Position numbers and translations under genes: made by a program
Notes under the pieces: generated by a model
Database searches by the model: none
The model's input: the letters and a program-made list of their open reading frames with translations, nothing else
What the model was told of the DNA's origin: nothing
Shown: positions 38,061 to 50,477 of the stretch, one piece after another
Layout of the letters: each line of letters opens with the position of its first letter
Numbering within the stretch: position 1 is the stretch's first letter
From: Octopus sinensis
Taxonomy: Eukaryota
DNA length: 64,000 bases
Direction: 5' to 3'
NCBI RefSeq assembly: GCF_006345805.1
Contig: NC_043008.1
Coordinates: 52,266,001 to 52,330,000, forward strand

Positions 38061-39206
38061 ATAAATACTTTTTTACCAACAGAGGTAGGAGCTCTCTGGA
38101 CTTTGCCCAGCCTATTCTTATTCTAGCAGCTACACTCTTGGAGCATCCACCTCCACTACTGAGTTGGTCACCTAGGTAATGGAAGCTATCAACTACTTCT
38201 AGTTTTCCCACCTGGCATTTCATGGAGTCTATTCCATTTAGCTTAGTTTTGGCAAATACTTTGCAATGTGTACTTCTTAAAATGCCCCTATGCCTCTTGT
38301 CTGTTATCACCTGTTAATTCCATTTCCCAGGGTAATCCAATAGTACGAGTATACACATGGAACTCCTTTCAGCTTAGGATAAATATAATAAAAGCAACAA
38401 TAAAACGTGGATAGAAATCCACAGGTTTCATTAATGTCTCACAACATATGTTTCTACTCTGCACACCATCATTAGGTAAAAATTTTCCATATTCATATCA
38501 TTTTACTTAAGTTTGCTCTTAATAATTATAAATTTGAATGTTCTCTTAGTTCCATTGTGGATGCTTCCTCAGCCATTGCATTGATAAGTTTCTGCATGTC
38601 AGATTAACTGACCTTAAGGACACTGCTTTACACCAATCAAATAGCTTCATTCCATTGGTGGATGTGACTTATGACTAACCACAGAGAGGCAAAAAACAAA
38701 AAACAAATAAGTAAAAGAGCCAGACCTCCTAATCAACTGATGGGTGTTCCATATGAAGAAAAAAACTTTAGGTCATTTCAACATTTTCCATTCAAAAATA
38801 ATGAAAAGGACAGAAAGGATAATAGTCATGCAAATTAAGTGCAAAGTCTTCTAGTACATTTCCTGGTTATATTTATCTAGTCTTCTTTAGACTAAAATGG
38901 AGATAATGATGATCCATCGGCTGTTATAACATCTTTGTTTTCCTCTTCTCCTCTAGACCAAGGGAAAGTAAATCTTTCAATGACATTTTTTGACGCTTGC
39001 TTAAATATTATAGTTTTTTATGTTCTGCAATGCCCTGCTGAGCTAGATTGTATACATATTTTAATTATTACTTGCTGGATTTCCACCTACTAATCTCTTA
39101 AAGAGATGTGCTGTTCATTTTTAGGAATGCACCCTCCCTATTTACTAACTAATACTTTCTGGTTTAGCTGAACTTTATATATATGTGTGTGTGTATATAT
39201 ATATAT

Positions 39207-40232
39207 GCTGGTGACAAAGGGCTTCTTGCTCAGAGTAAAAGGTAGACTGTATGATGCATGTGTACAAACAGCCATGCTACATGACAGTGAAACATTGGTT
39301 GTGACTGCTGAGGACATGCGTAAGCTTGCAAGGAATGAAGTCAGTATGCTCCAATGGATTTGTAAAGTCAGAGTGCATACTCGACAGAGTGTAAGTACCT
39401 TGAGAGAAAAGTTGGACCTAAGAAGTATCAGATGTGGTGTGCAAGAGAAACGATTGCGCTGGTATGGTCATGTGGTGAAAATGGATGAGGATAGCTGTGT
39501 GAAAAAGTGCCACGCACTAGCAGTGGAGGGAATCTGTGGAAGAGGTAGACACAGGAAAACCTGGGATGAGGTGGTGAAGCATGATTTTCAAACATTAGGC
39601 CTCACTGAGGCAATGACTAGTGACTGGGATCTTTGGAAATATGCTGTGCTTGAGAAAACCCAGCAAGCCAAGTGAGACCATAACCTCATGGCCTATGCCA
39701 GTGGTGTAACCAGCCCATTTATGTGTACCTTTCCTTCATTGGACACTAAACTCTTCTTGCGAAGACTTTTTGAGGCAAGTGAAATCGAAATCGAAATCGA
39801 GTTCGATGAGTGGCATCCATGCTCGTGGAGCACTAAGGGCACCATCAGAGTATGATCGTTGCCAGAGCAGAAAACTGGCTTCCGTGCTGGTGACATGTAA
39901 ACAGCACCATTTGAGTGTGATCGACGCCAGCGTTGCCTTACTGCCGCTTGTGCTGGTGGCATGAGGAGAATATTCGAGCAAGGTCGTTGCCAGTGCCGCT
40001 GGACTTGCTCCTGTGTGGGTGGCACGTAAAAAACACCATTTGAGTGTGGCCGTTGCCAGTACTGCCTAACTGGCCCTCATGCTGGTGGTATGTAAAAAGC
40101 ACCCACTACAGTCTTGGAGTGATTAGCATTAGGAAGGGCATCCAGCTGTAGAAACTCTGCCAGATCAGATTGGAGCCTGGTGCAGCCATCTGGTTCGCCA
40201 GTCCTCAGTCAAATTATCCAACCCATACTAGC
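39207..40232 (+). mobile_element. RTE LINE 3' fragment
   Basis: GRLYDACV...RLRWYGHV...GRHRKTW plus 3' UTR subrepeats. A small minus-strand fragment also lies at 38070-38230. Confidence 0.9.
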
Positions 40233-40634
40233 ATTACCTCTGAAATTGGTTTAGATGCCTTCTATCCACAATGTTCCATTATATAGAACTCAAGCTTAGA
40301 AAGAGATACTGAAACTGGTAACTTCACTGATTGAGTAATTCCATATTCCTATTCAGAACTGTACATATTTCGGAGAGTATTTAATAATATTGATGATGAA
40401 GAGGTGAGTGGATATTCTATTCATGTCCGAAACTTCTTTATTTAAAATTTTTCTACAGCATATATCTGATCTACATATATTTCGACTGCAGTGACTGCAC
40501 ATTGCTTTGTATGCAAATTTGCATTCTAGTAATTGCAATTTCACTAAGGGCCTGTCACTCATGATGTTTTCCAAGTGAACTGATTCAGACAAGCATCTTG
40601 CGTTGGTATTCAGTTGAAGATAATAGTGTTATCA

Positions 40635-40679
<45 letters not shown>

Positions 40680-41527
40680 GCAAATAAGAAAATGGAGAGG
40701 ATCCCGTCAGTGATATACAGGGATGAACAAACATTGGACAGGGATTGGACAATAGTTGAGCCCCAAGGCTTCTTCAGAGAGTCCACATGTTAGAAAACTG
40801 ACATGTGGGAAAGTAAATTAAGATAATAGAGTGAGATAAAATAAAAATAATGGAATAGAAAGGAATGGTAAGAACTTCATTTTAAGGTGCTATTATAATC
40901 CTTGGTATTACATCTTATGGTAAATAAATAAAGTCACTCCCAGGAGAAATTTCCACAGGCTGCAGTTTACATCATGTTTACATTATACTGGGGGAAATAG
41001 CGAGGGTAATATGTTGTGTGGTGAGTTTAATGGTATGGTCCATGTCACAGGGGTCAGAAGTTAGAGGCTAACTGCTATTTAATAGATATAGCATTATAAA
41101 AGGAGTTGGCAGAAATAGCTGAAATTGAATCTGTTAGGGGAGATTTAATACATAAGTATATCAATGCAAAAAGTTAGGTAAAACCTTAGTGCAATGTTAC
41201 TATTTGTTGCTTATTGACAGAAACCTAATCCTAATACCCCTAAGTGTAGTAGGGTGAAGTCAAACTCAACCCAGAACTTAATGGTCAATTCTTGCAGATA
41301 ATTAGACCCAGATAAGTGAGGAAAACTGCTCTTAGCTATTCAGACATGTACTTGATATCAAAAATACTGTCTATAATATTTAAAAATGCAGATTCCAGGA
41401 TAGGTGAATAGAATATAAGTGAGTAACAAGAGGTAAGGTGTCAATCCATTACAGCCATTTCCATTGATTCCTTTAATTGTTTAATGAAAGCATTACATCA
41501 TTAAAAAGAAACCGTTTTGTCAGATGT

Positions 41528-41686
41528 ATTCATGAACTTCAACATAAAGGACAATTCAACTGATTTAACAAAATATTTGCATTGATTCTGCTACAACTGA
41601 ATAGTAGCAGAATCAACATAAATATTTCTATTCTGTGGATTTGTAACTATGTTAAATCAGTCGAATTTATGTCGAAGATCATGAAT
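41528..41686. repeat. Imperfect palindrome (MITE- or hairpin-like)
   Basis: ttgattctgctac/gtagcagaatcaa around a 9-nt loop; outer arm pairs aattcaactgatttaaca/tgttaaatcagtcgaatt and attcatga/tcatgaat. Confidence 0.7.
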
Positions 41687-44205
41687 GAATTCATCTCTTC
41701 TCTCGATTATATATATTATATATATATATATATTATATATATATATACATACATGTAGTGAAAAAGATTTCAGTAAATGTAAGGAGAAAAGGAAGTTGAT
41801 AATTTGGATGTCTCTAGGAAAGATGTGTAATAACAAAATAACTTTAGTAGTTTAAATGATCTGAAAGAAAAAGAAGTAAAGATAGATATAGAAATGAAAT
41901 CTATTTCAAGTTTTTATAATATCTATTTATTTATTTTTGGTGGAAAGAGCTTTATGATCTTTCAAAGCCACTAAAACTAGTGGAAGAAAGGGAAAAATAT
42001 TTATAGTTAGACCAGATACCTTGACCAAACTCCTACCAGCAGAGTGGACTATGCTAGAGGTACTCAAAGACCAAGTGGTGATATTTATTTGCAATAAAGT
42101 GGATTATTATTAAAGATACCAAGGGACTAGAGGGTCATGTTTGCTTGTAATAGAGTGAACTCTGCTAAAGGTACCCCAAAATCATTAAAATGAGAGAAAG
42201 GTTTACTCAGAAACAAAAGTGCTCTCTCTGATGGGTTTAAAACTCAATTTCTTTCTATGAAATTTTGTCCAAGATTAGTCCTCATCAGGTTAGAATAAAG
42301 AAATATTTGTACAGGGTACTGCAAAATGAGATTGTACACAAAACCATATACTTTAAAATAAGCTTCTCAATCACATAGCCATACTTGCCTTCAGACTAAA
42401 TACTTTAAATAAACTCAAATCTTTGTAATCCTTATATGTGTAATCAAGTCCTCAATTCATTATCAGAGTTTATAATTAGTTTACAGTATTTCATTATGAC
42501 ATAGAAATAAAGCAGAGCTGTCATTGGCAAGTGAATATGACCTGGTAACATGTAACATACTTTTGCCATTTGTTTCAGATTTTTATGTATGCACAGGTAA
42601 ACATAGACACCTGTGTGAAACTCCTGTCCTTAATATAGTGTAGCAACATGAATGTGACAGCTAGAGAGAAAGAAGGTAGCACCAATGCTACGCTCCACTG
42701 AACTCAGCTGGAAAAAAGTACCAGTTATAAACTCGTACCTATTTTCATCTGAATAGTCTGGAGTGACATGAAATGAAGCATAAAATGATATAATGCATTG
42801 TCCAATCGAGGAATTGAACCTATAAACTTATGATTATTAACCCAACATCCTGCTTATTATTAGGTCATGTGACTTTACAATGAAGAAATCATATAATATT
42901 GATTTGTTATAATAAAATTAAACTGATTTTAGTTCAATAAATTTAAAAGGAAGTTTTTTTAAAGTAATTGTGATTTGGTGCAAGGTTTGTAATTTTAGAA
43001 ACAAAACTATATATATATACTAGTATATGTGTAGTTATATTATATATGCTTATGAGAGAGATAGTGAGTTTACAAATGTATGAATTAACACTTTTTTAGT
43101 TCTTTCAAATAATTTCTTCCCATAACCTAATAATGATTTATGCAAATTTTCTTTAAATTTTTTGTTTTCCTTCTATCTTACTTGCCATAAGTTTTCTTCC
43201 CTCTTCCCTTCTTGCCTTTCTTTAAATTCATTTTTTTATATTTACAATTTGCCCTTACTCTCCCCACTCTCTCTCCCTTTTTCTTTTACTTTGTTTTATC
43301 TTCCCTTTCTTTCCCCCTCCCTATCTTTCTATACATCTCCTTCTCTCACAATATCTAGTTTGTTCCAATAATGCCATTTTAAATTCCTAGCGTCCACTGT
43401 TTGTATGTAAATATTTTGTGAATGAACAATAATCTGTATGTGTTTAAATAAGTGTGTGTATGTGTATACAATTATGTGTTTGGGTCAATCAGTGTTTTGG
43501 GATGTGTATGCTCTTGTGTATGTATATAATTGTTTGTTTATGTGTATAAGTATGTGATTGTAAACATATATTTTAGCGTAAGTATAATTCTATGTCGTTG
43601 CTGCAAGAACAAGTAAGAATATATGTGTAGAGATATACATGCATATGTTTGCAAGTATATCCCAGCATAAGTATGTATTTATTTGAATATATATGTATGT
43701 ATGTTTGCCTGTATGTATATTCTTTTACTTGTTTCAATCATTTATATATGGCCATTCTGGAGCACCACCTTTAGTCGAATAAATTGACCTCAGGACTTAT
43801 TCTTTGTAAGCCTAGTACTTGTTTTATTGGTCTCTTTTGCTGAACCACTAGCTGATGGGGACATAAACACACCAACATCAGTTGTCAAGCGATGCTAGAG
43901 GGACAAACAGAGACACAAACAACAAATACATACATATATATACATATATATATATACATATATATGATGGGCTTCTTTCAGTTTCCATCTACCAAATCCA
44001 CTCACAAGGCTTTGGTTGGCTTGAAGCTATAGTAGAAGACATTCACCCAAGGTGCCATGTAGTGGGACTGAACCCAGAAATATGTGGTTGAGAAGCAAGC
44101 TTCTTACCAGTCAGCCACTCCTGTGCCTTTGTATGTATTTATGTATATGTTTATATATAAAAAGTATATAAAACATATATGAATATAGATATTTATGTAT
44201 ACATA

Positions 44206-44236
<31 letters not shown>

Positions 44237-44646
44237 TTGTATATATGTATATGTATTTGTATATACATGTACCCACTGACTGGCCCCCATGCCAGTGACA
44301 CGTAAAAAGCACTATGTGAATCTGATCGATGCCAGACCTGCCTGACTGGCTCCTGTGCTGGTGGCACATAAAAAGCACCTACTACACTCTGGGGGTGGCT
44401 GGCATTAAGAAGGGCATCCAGCTGTAGAAACATTGCCAGATCAGATTGGAGCCTGGTGTATGTGTCTGTATTTTAATGCATGTGTATGTGTTTGTATACA
44501 TTTGTTTTTGTAAGTATATAGTGTTTATATATACATGTCACATATTTGAGTGGGTGAATGCATGTGTGCATATGAATATAAATGCGTTATAATTTATAAA
44601 ACTTTCTATTTCTGTTAACATGTCTGTTTGTTGAGTTTGTTTACAA

Positions 44647-44730
44647 CTTCCTGACAAGACTGATGATTGCTGACCATAATTTATCCTCTCAGACAGTTTT
44701 GGAGTGCATCCATCGAAACATATGTAGAAG
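44647..44730 (+). ncRNA. Degenerate hammerhead-like motif
   Basis: cuuc-CUGACAA...gaug...cauc-GAAAC-AUAU-GUA-gaag: stem I cuuc/gaag, palindromic ACAUAUGU. Confidence 0.4.
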
Positions 44731-45426
44731 ACTTCAAGATATAATTGGATTAACACCATCCTGAGCGTTCGTCACCTTATTCAATTTTCCTATTTTCTGC
44801 TAAATACGACTTACTATCCTGAAATTAATCCTGGATTTTTCCTATAAATTGTAAACTCTCTCTATATATATCCTGTTAGAGAATGTTCTGTGATCCTTCA
44901 GTGTCACCAGATATTATGCAAAGAAGTTGTCTTTAAACAGGAAGACCAAGCTCAATTCTGCAAAATTTCTCCAAGAGCCAGGTGATAGCATTAAACCATT
45001 TTCTACCATATTTCTGTTGAAATACACTGCTTTTGTCTATTACTTTTGAAAATAATAAAGAATTTAGTAAAATAACTGTGTCGTTATTAAGCTGTTATTT
45101 GGAACATAAATTGACATGAAAGTTTGATGTAAGGTTTCCATTTGGATCATTTTAAAACAGGAAGCTTGTATTATTCAACCAGGTGCAATTTCAGGTAGTT
45201 TAGTATGAAAAAAATTAAACCAAAAACAGGAGCAGAAATAGAATCTACAAAATCTTTATATATGAAATTCCACTCCATAGTCTTTGGTTGACGTGAGACT
45301 ATTGTACAAGACAATAATCCAAGGTGTCATACAATAGAAACTGACCTGGAAACAAACTGCTTGATCATACACAGCCATACTCAGTGATTTCATAAATAAA
45401 TAATAAATATAACAAAAAGAACTTAC

Positions 45427-45481
45427 TTGCAAAATGAAGACAGATGAAGACAAAAATACACCAACAGGAATTAAGTAACAT
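45427..45481 (-). CDS. Host gene, first coding exon portion (MLLNSCWCIFVFICLHFA + 1 nt), signal-peptide-like; whole exon 45427-45651 includes 5' UTR
   Basis: ATG at 45481-45479 in CCACCATG Kozak context with in-frame upstream stops. Acceptor ttttgtctcctttacAG before 45651; donor A|GTAAGT after 45427 (phase 1). Hydrophobic 18-aa N-terminus. Confidence 0.75.
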
Positions 45482-45585
45482 GGTGGTAGATGGAATGAAG
45501 TAAATCTTCTTGACAAATACTAATTTTCCTTTTTGTTTTTGCTTTTTAAGATCTTTTGTAAATGAAGTTGATTGGAATTTCTATA

Positions 45586-45612
45586 TCAAATGTTCTTAGA
45601 GATGAGTGTCAT
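45586..45612 (-). promoter_or_regulatory. Short upstream ORF (MTLISKNI*) in the predicted 5' UTR
   Basis: ATG ACA CTC ATC TCT AAG AAC ATT TGA lies inside exon 45427-45651, ending about 105 nt upstream of the main ATG. Confidence 0.4.
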
Positions 45613-46014
45613 TGATTTCTGTACTTTCGTCTGTTTAACTGTATTTACAAACTGTAAAGGAGACAAAAATAAGGAATAGTCTTTCATCAGTTAAAATAAT
45701 ACATAATGTTTTGCAATTCTTAGTATTTTGAATGATCGTGTGTTTAAGGAGGTGGGGGGGGCACAAAATTACAAGTTCAAAGGAGGTAGAAGGATTTTGA
45801 AGAAATGCATCCCAGCTATTGCAATATATTTGGCAGTTATTACAGAAGTTTTAAAATCTGAATAATTGATACATATACACATAAGATGTGGGTCTGAGAC
45901 CCAAAGGCAGCCATCATACTTTTTTATTCAAGGGGTCTGTTAACCCAATACTTACATGCTATTATCTATAGATTTCATCTGCTTTAAGTTTTACCCTTCC
46001 AAAAAGAGAGCATG

Positions 46015-46057
<43 letters not shown>

Positions 46058-47399
46058 TCAGATGAATATGGTACTTAAGTTGAGGCACCAGAATTTAGCT
46101 GAGAGTGAAGTGGAGGAATGAAAACAGATGTGAGATATGCAGGGATATTGCATCTGTAGATCCATTATTTAGGCAGAATGGTATACATATAAGATTCCAA
46201 TACCTTGTGAGCAAATTCCAATAGTATTTAAAATTGGTCGTTCCAAGTATAGAGATTGTACACAGTAGTATTGAACTGAGAGTTTTATTTAAAGTAACCT
46301 AAAAGTAGGGAATGTATTTCTAAGGTCAACTCAAAAACAGGAAGAGAGGAATAAAGAAAAGAAAAAAAAAGAAGAAATATAACCTATACTCTATCAGACT
46401 GGGCCTGGTGCAGCCTTCTGGCTTCCCAGGCCCCAGTTGAACCGTCCAACCCATGCTAGCATGGAAAGCGGACGGTAAACAATGATGATGATGATGATGA
46501 TATACCACACGTACAGATATATTTCTCCCTATATATATATGTGTGTGTTTGTGTGCATATGTGTGTGTAATAGTAAGAGGAGAAAATATGGGCATAGTTT
46601 GGTGCTCCTTTATTCCATTTGTTACATATGATTCAGTATTCAGTAATACATGATGTCACACTACAAATGCAACCAATAGAAGCAGCTTAGAGAGCAAGCA
46701 TGGAGCAAATGTATCATCAGAAAATCGATAAAGAAATACAATTTGGAGACAAGCAGCAACCAAAATTTATACACACTGGAGGCATATCCCAGAGGAGGAG
46801 GGGATGAAGGAAAAGGTAAGTAGGTAAGCCAACTAAGATAATCACAGGTGGACTGGTGTTAGAAGGGGTGGAGTTACTCACTGGATAAGAAAGGGAGTTT
46901 GATCAATTCTAATTGACCATATTAAGGAGGTAGCAGCTGGCAAAATAAATTAGTACATGTGTGTGTGGGGGGGGGGGCGTGTACATACATATACAATGGG
47001 CTTCTTTCAGTTTCTGTCTATTGAATCCACTCACAATATTCTGGTCAGCCTAGGGCTATAATAGAAGACATTTGCCCAAGGTGTTGTGCAGTGGAACTGA
47101 ACCTGAAACCAGATAGTTGGGAAGCAAACTTCTTAATAAAACAGCTATACCTGCATCTATATCATCATCGTTACCATCTTTATTATAACATCTTTTTTTT
47201 TTTTTTCATATTTGCATGGTTTCAACAGAATGTGTTGAGATAGATTTTCTAGGCCTGATGTTCTTCCTGTCACCAACCCTTGCCTAGTTCCAAGGAAGGT
47301 CGTATTTCTTTATGGTCTGACATATTTTCACAGTAGACTGGAAGTGAAAGGTTTTTTGACTTTTCCATAATGTCAAGACAAAGAGACACATACATACAT

Positions 47400-47740
47400 A
47401 CATGATGGCTTCCCCCTCATTATCGAGTATTGCATGAAGCTTAACTGTTATTGGTGCTGTGATCGAATGTGACTTTTTAGCCCAGCTAAAAATCTACAAT
47501 GTCTTGTACAGAATTGGCAGCTAAAAACCTTTACCGGTAATAGCCGGCTGTAGATGTAACTGGGCTTCATGTACCTTTGCATGTCGTTTAAGTCCTCCTG
47601 CTGAATTACACTCTCTTCCACATGCCTGACAGATATTATTAGAATGGTGTGAAGCACCACCACCAGTGGCCAGGTTGACACTCATCTGTCTCGCTTTATG
47701 ACTATGAAGATGACTCTTTAGTCCAGCTTTACTGAAGCAT
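47400..47740 (-). mobile_element. 3' end of an RTE/BovB-like LINE encoding C2H2 zinc fingers, frameshifted
   Basis: FSKAGLKSHLHSH; CQACGRECNSAGGLKRHAKVH; SCQFCTRHCRFLAGLKSHIRSQH*, with a one-base frameshift near 47525. Confidence 0.7.
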
Positions 47741-49044
47741 ACATACATACATACATACATACATACATACATACATACATACATACATACACGCACACAT
47801 ACATGCATGCATACATACATGCATACACACACACACACATCCATATACATACATTTATTGATAATAATAATGAAGGTAGAACAAATAAAGTATTTCTTCC
47901 TTGTTTTATTGATATACAGGTAAAGAAAACCTTCAAGTTTTCCAACGAAATGAAATGAACTATGAAGTAAAAAAAAAATTTTAATGTTATAATGTATCAG
48001 AAACTCCGTCAAACGCTTGAGAATGGTTTGTTTCAGGAGTATTCTACATTCTTTGACTTTATTTAATCTTATTTCAATCCATTTCATTTCCTTTCTTTTC
48101 TGATTCTGTATATCAATAGACCAAAGAATTCCTTCATTCTCTCTTGTTAATCTTATTATTATTACCAATATATTATTCTGTATACTACCATCATCATAAT
48201 TGTCAGGTCTTTAGTAGAAGACACTTGCCCAAGGTACCACATGGAGGGACTGAACACCATGCTATACACTTGGAAACCTGTTTTAAAATTGAAAATCTGT
48301 ATTCATGATTGAATATTTAATATCTGACTCCCACCAGAACATTTTTGGTCTATATCCTGTTGCAGGAATATCCTTGAGCAAGGCACTTCACTAATCTCAT
48401 TTCTCTCTCCTCCCCTCCCTCCCTCACTCTTTCTCTTTCCAGGTCTTCATACTTCACTTGGGCACTCAAATGACCCCAGTTTTAATTATACTAAATTAGG
48501 GATTTAATATACATCAAAGATCCTGTATGGACAGACAGAGACACTTGTGTCTCATTTCAATGACATCATATCACATGGTACTTATATTGAGGCACTTCAT
48601 CATGACACAATACAAAGAAGTCTTGTACTGATTCATGGCATTGTTGAAATACTCCACTCCTTTCATTTCAATCCTCCCATTTGTTTCCTTCTATCAATCA
48701 CCAATTTCACACCCACTTTACCATACTTGCATGAGTCAAACAGAATGTTTTGAGGCTGGTTTCCTAAAGCTGAATGTTCTTTCTGTCACTAAGACTCAAC
48801 CACCTCCCAGGAAGGCAATATTTCTCGATTGCCAGATGTTTTCCCGTGAAGGACTGGAAACAAAGGACAACACTTTTGTGACAATAACATTCATTTATAA
48901 CTAATACTTGATGTCAAGCCAAAGAGGTGCAAGTATTCAAACACGCACACAAACACACACACACACATACAAAACACCTACACATACACATATACACAAC
49001 ACACAACGTGCACACTCATACAACACCTGCTTTCTCATATTCAT

Positions 49045-49520
49045 TGGTCAGGTTTCCCTTCATGGCAGAATTAATAGTCAAGACTATTTAAGTATTTTAT
49101 TTGATCAAATTCATCCTATGGCTGTAGAACTGTTTCCATAGGGAAACACAATCTTTCAGGATGATAATGCGCCAATTCACACTGCTAAAGTTGTTAATGT
49201 ATGACACAAGGAACATTCTAGTTAAGTTGAACGTCTTATCTGGCCACCACAGTTCCCAGATCTCAATATTAATGAACATTTATGGTGCATTTTAGAAAAA
49301 CCAGTAAGGAGTCAATATCCTCCACCATCACCACTATAAGAACTGGAGACTGTTTTAGCTAAAGAATGAACAAAAATTCCTTTGGAAACAATTCAAACTT
49401 TGTACGAGTCCATACCTCATAGAATTGAAGCTATAATTACTGCCAAAGGCAGTCCTATCTGATATCAAAATAAATTTGTTTGAAATTTTAAGGTGTTTCC
49501 ATTATTTTGTCCAACCCCTG
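49045..49520 (+). mobile_element. Tc1-type transposase 3' fragment with right TIR
   Basis: FQDDNAPIHTAK...WPPQFPDLNINEHLW...SIPHRIEAIITAKG; ends ttttgtccaacccctg|TA. Confidence 0.85.
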
Positions 49521-50477
49521 TAAGTATGTATGGGTAGGTGCATGTATGGATGCACATGTGTCTATGTGTACATGAGTGCATGGGCGCATATGTGTGCGAA
49601 TATATATGCATATATACATGTATATGCATGTATTCCTTTCCTGAGCATCCAATAACACTATACTTGTTACACGTCCTCGCGTTGTTGTGCTTTTTCTTTG
49701 TGTTTTCATGTTTGGATTAACTATATATATCCACATATAATATAAGGAAAATGGAGAGTTTGAACACAGTAAAATATCAATTTATTTATATAATAGTCAA
49801 TTTCATATTGCCTACATACATATCAATTTCTTACCTTCATTCATATTTTGCAATTAAGATTGCATTATGCATTTAAAAGGTAAGCTTCATGTATTCCTTT
49901 TTGGGTGGTATAGGAATGTCTTTTATTGATATGTCTGTGTCAATTCTCTCCATTTTACTAGTGGTATCGCTTATTTAAGCTGTGTGTATATAACGAGTCT
50001 TTATGAAGTTTCGAATGGAAAGTGGTTGCTCTTTCACAGGGATGTATTTTGTCCAAGTATACACCGGTTTAGCTCCATATTGATAAATGTACTTGGAATT
50101 CATTAATCTGTGTTAGTATTATTGTTAATATTTATGAAATTCCAGGAGTCGTTATAGATGTCTTCATCCATTCAAAATAGGAGAATAAAATCTTAATAAC
50201 ATAAAATAAGGAAAATGGAGAGTTTGAACACAAAAAAAAAATCAATTTATTTATACAATAGTCAATGTTAACACTAATACTAACACAGATTAAGGAATTC
50301 CAAGTATATTAATCAATACAGAGCTAAACTGGTGTACACTTAGATAAAATACACCCCTGTGAAAGAGCAACTTCTTTCCATTCAAAACTATATATATATA
50401 CATGCATATGTGTGTGTATGTGTACGTGTATGCATATATATGTAGATGTATATGTGGGTATGTATGTATGTATGTGT

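Noticed and set aside
40235-40620. Cys-containing ORF 40353..40592
   Set aside because: No splice signals fitting the host gene and no recognisable domain. Likely a decayed TE remnant.
47448-48168. Possible host C2H2 zinc-finger gene
   Set aside because: Frameshifted, begins abruptly at a (TATG)n microsatellite, and ends in a LINE-like tail. Better explained as an RTE ORF2 C-terminus.
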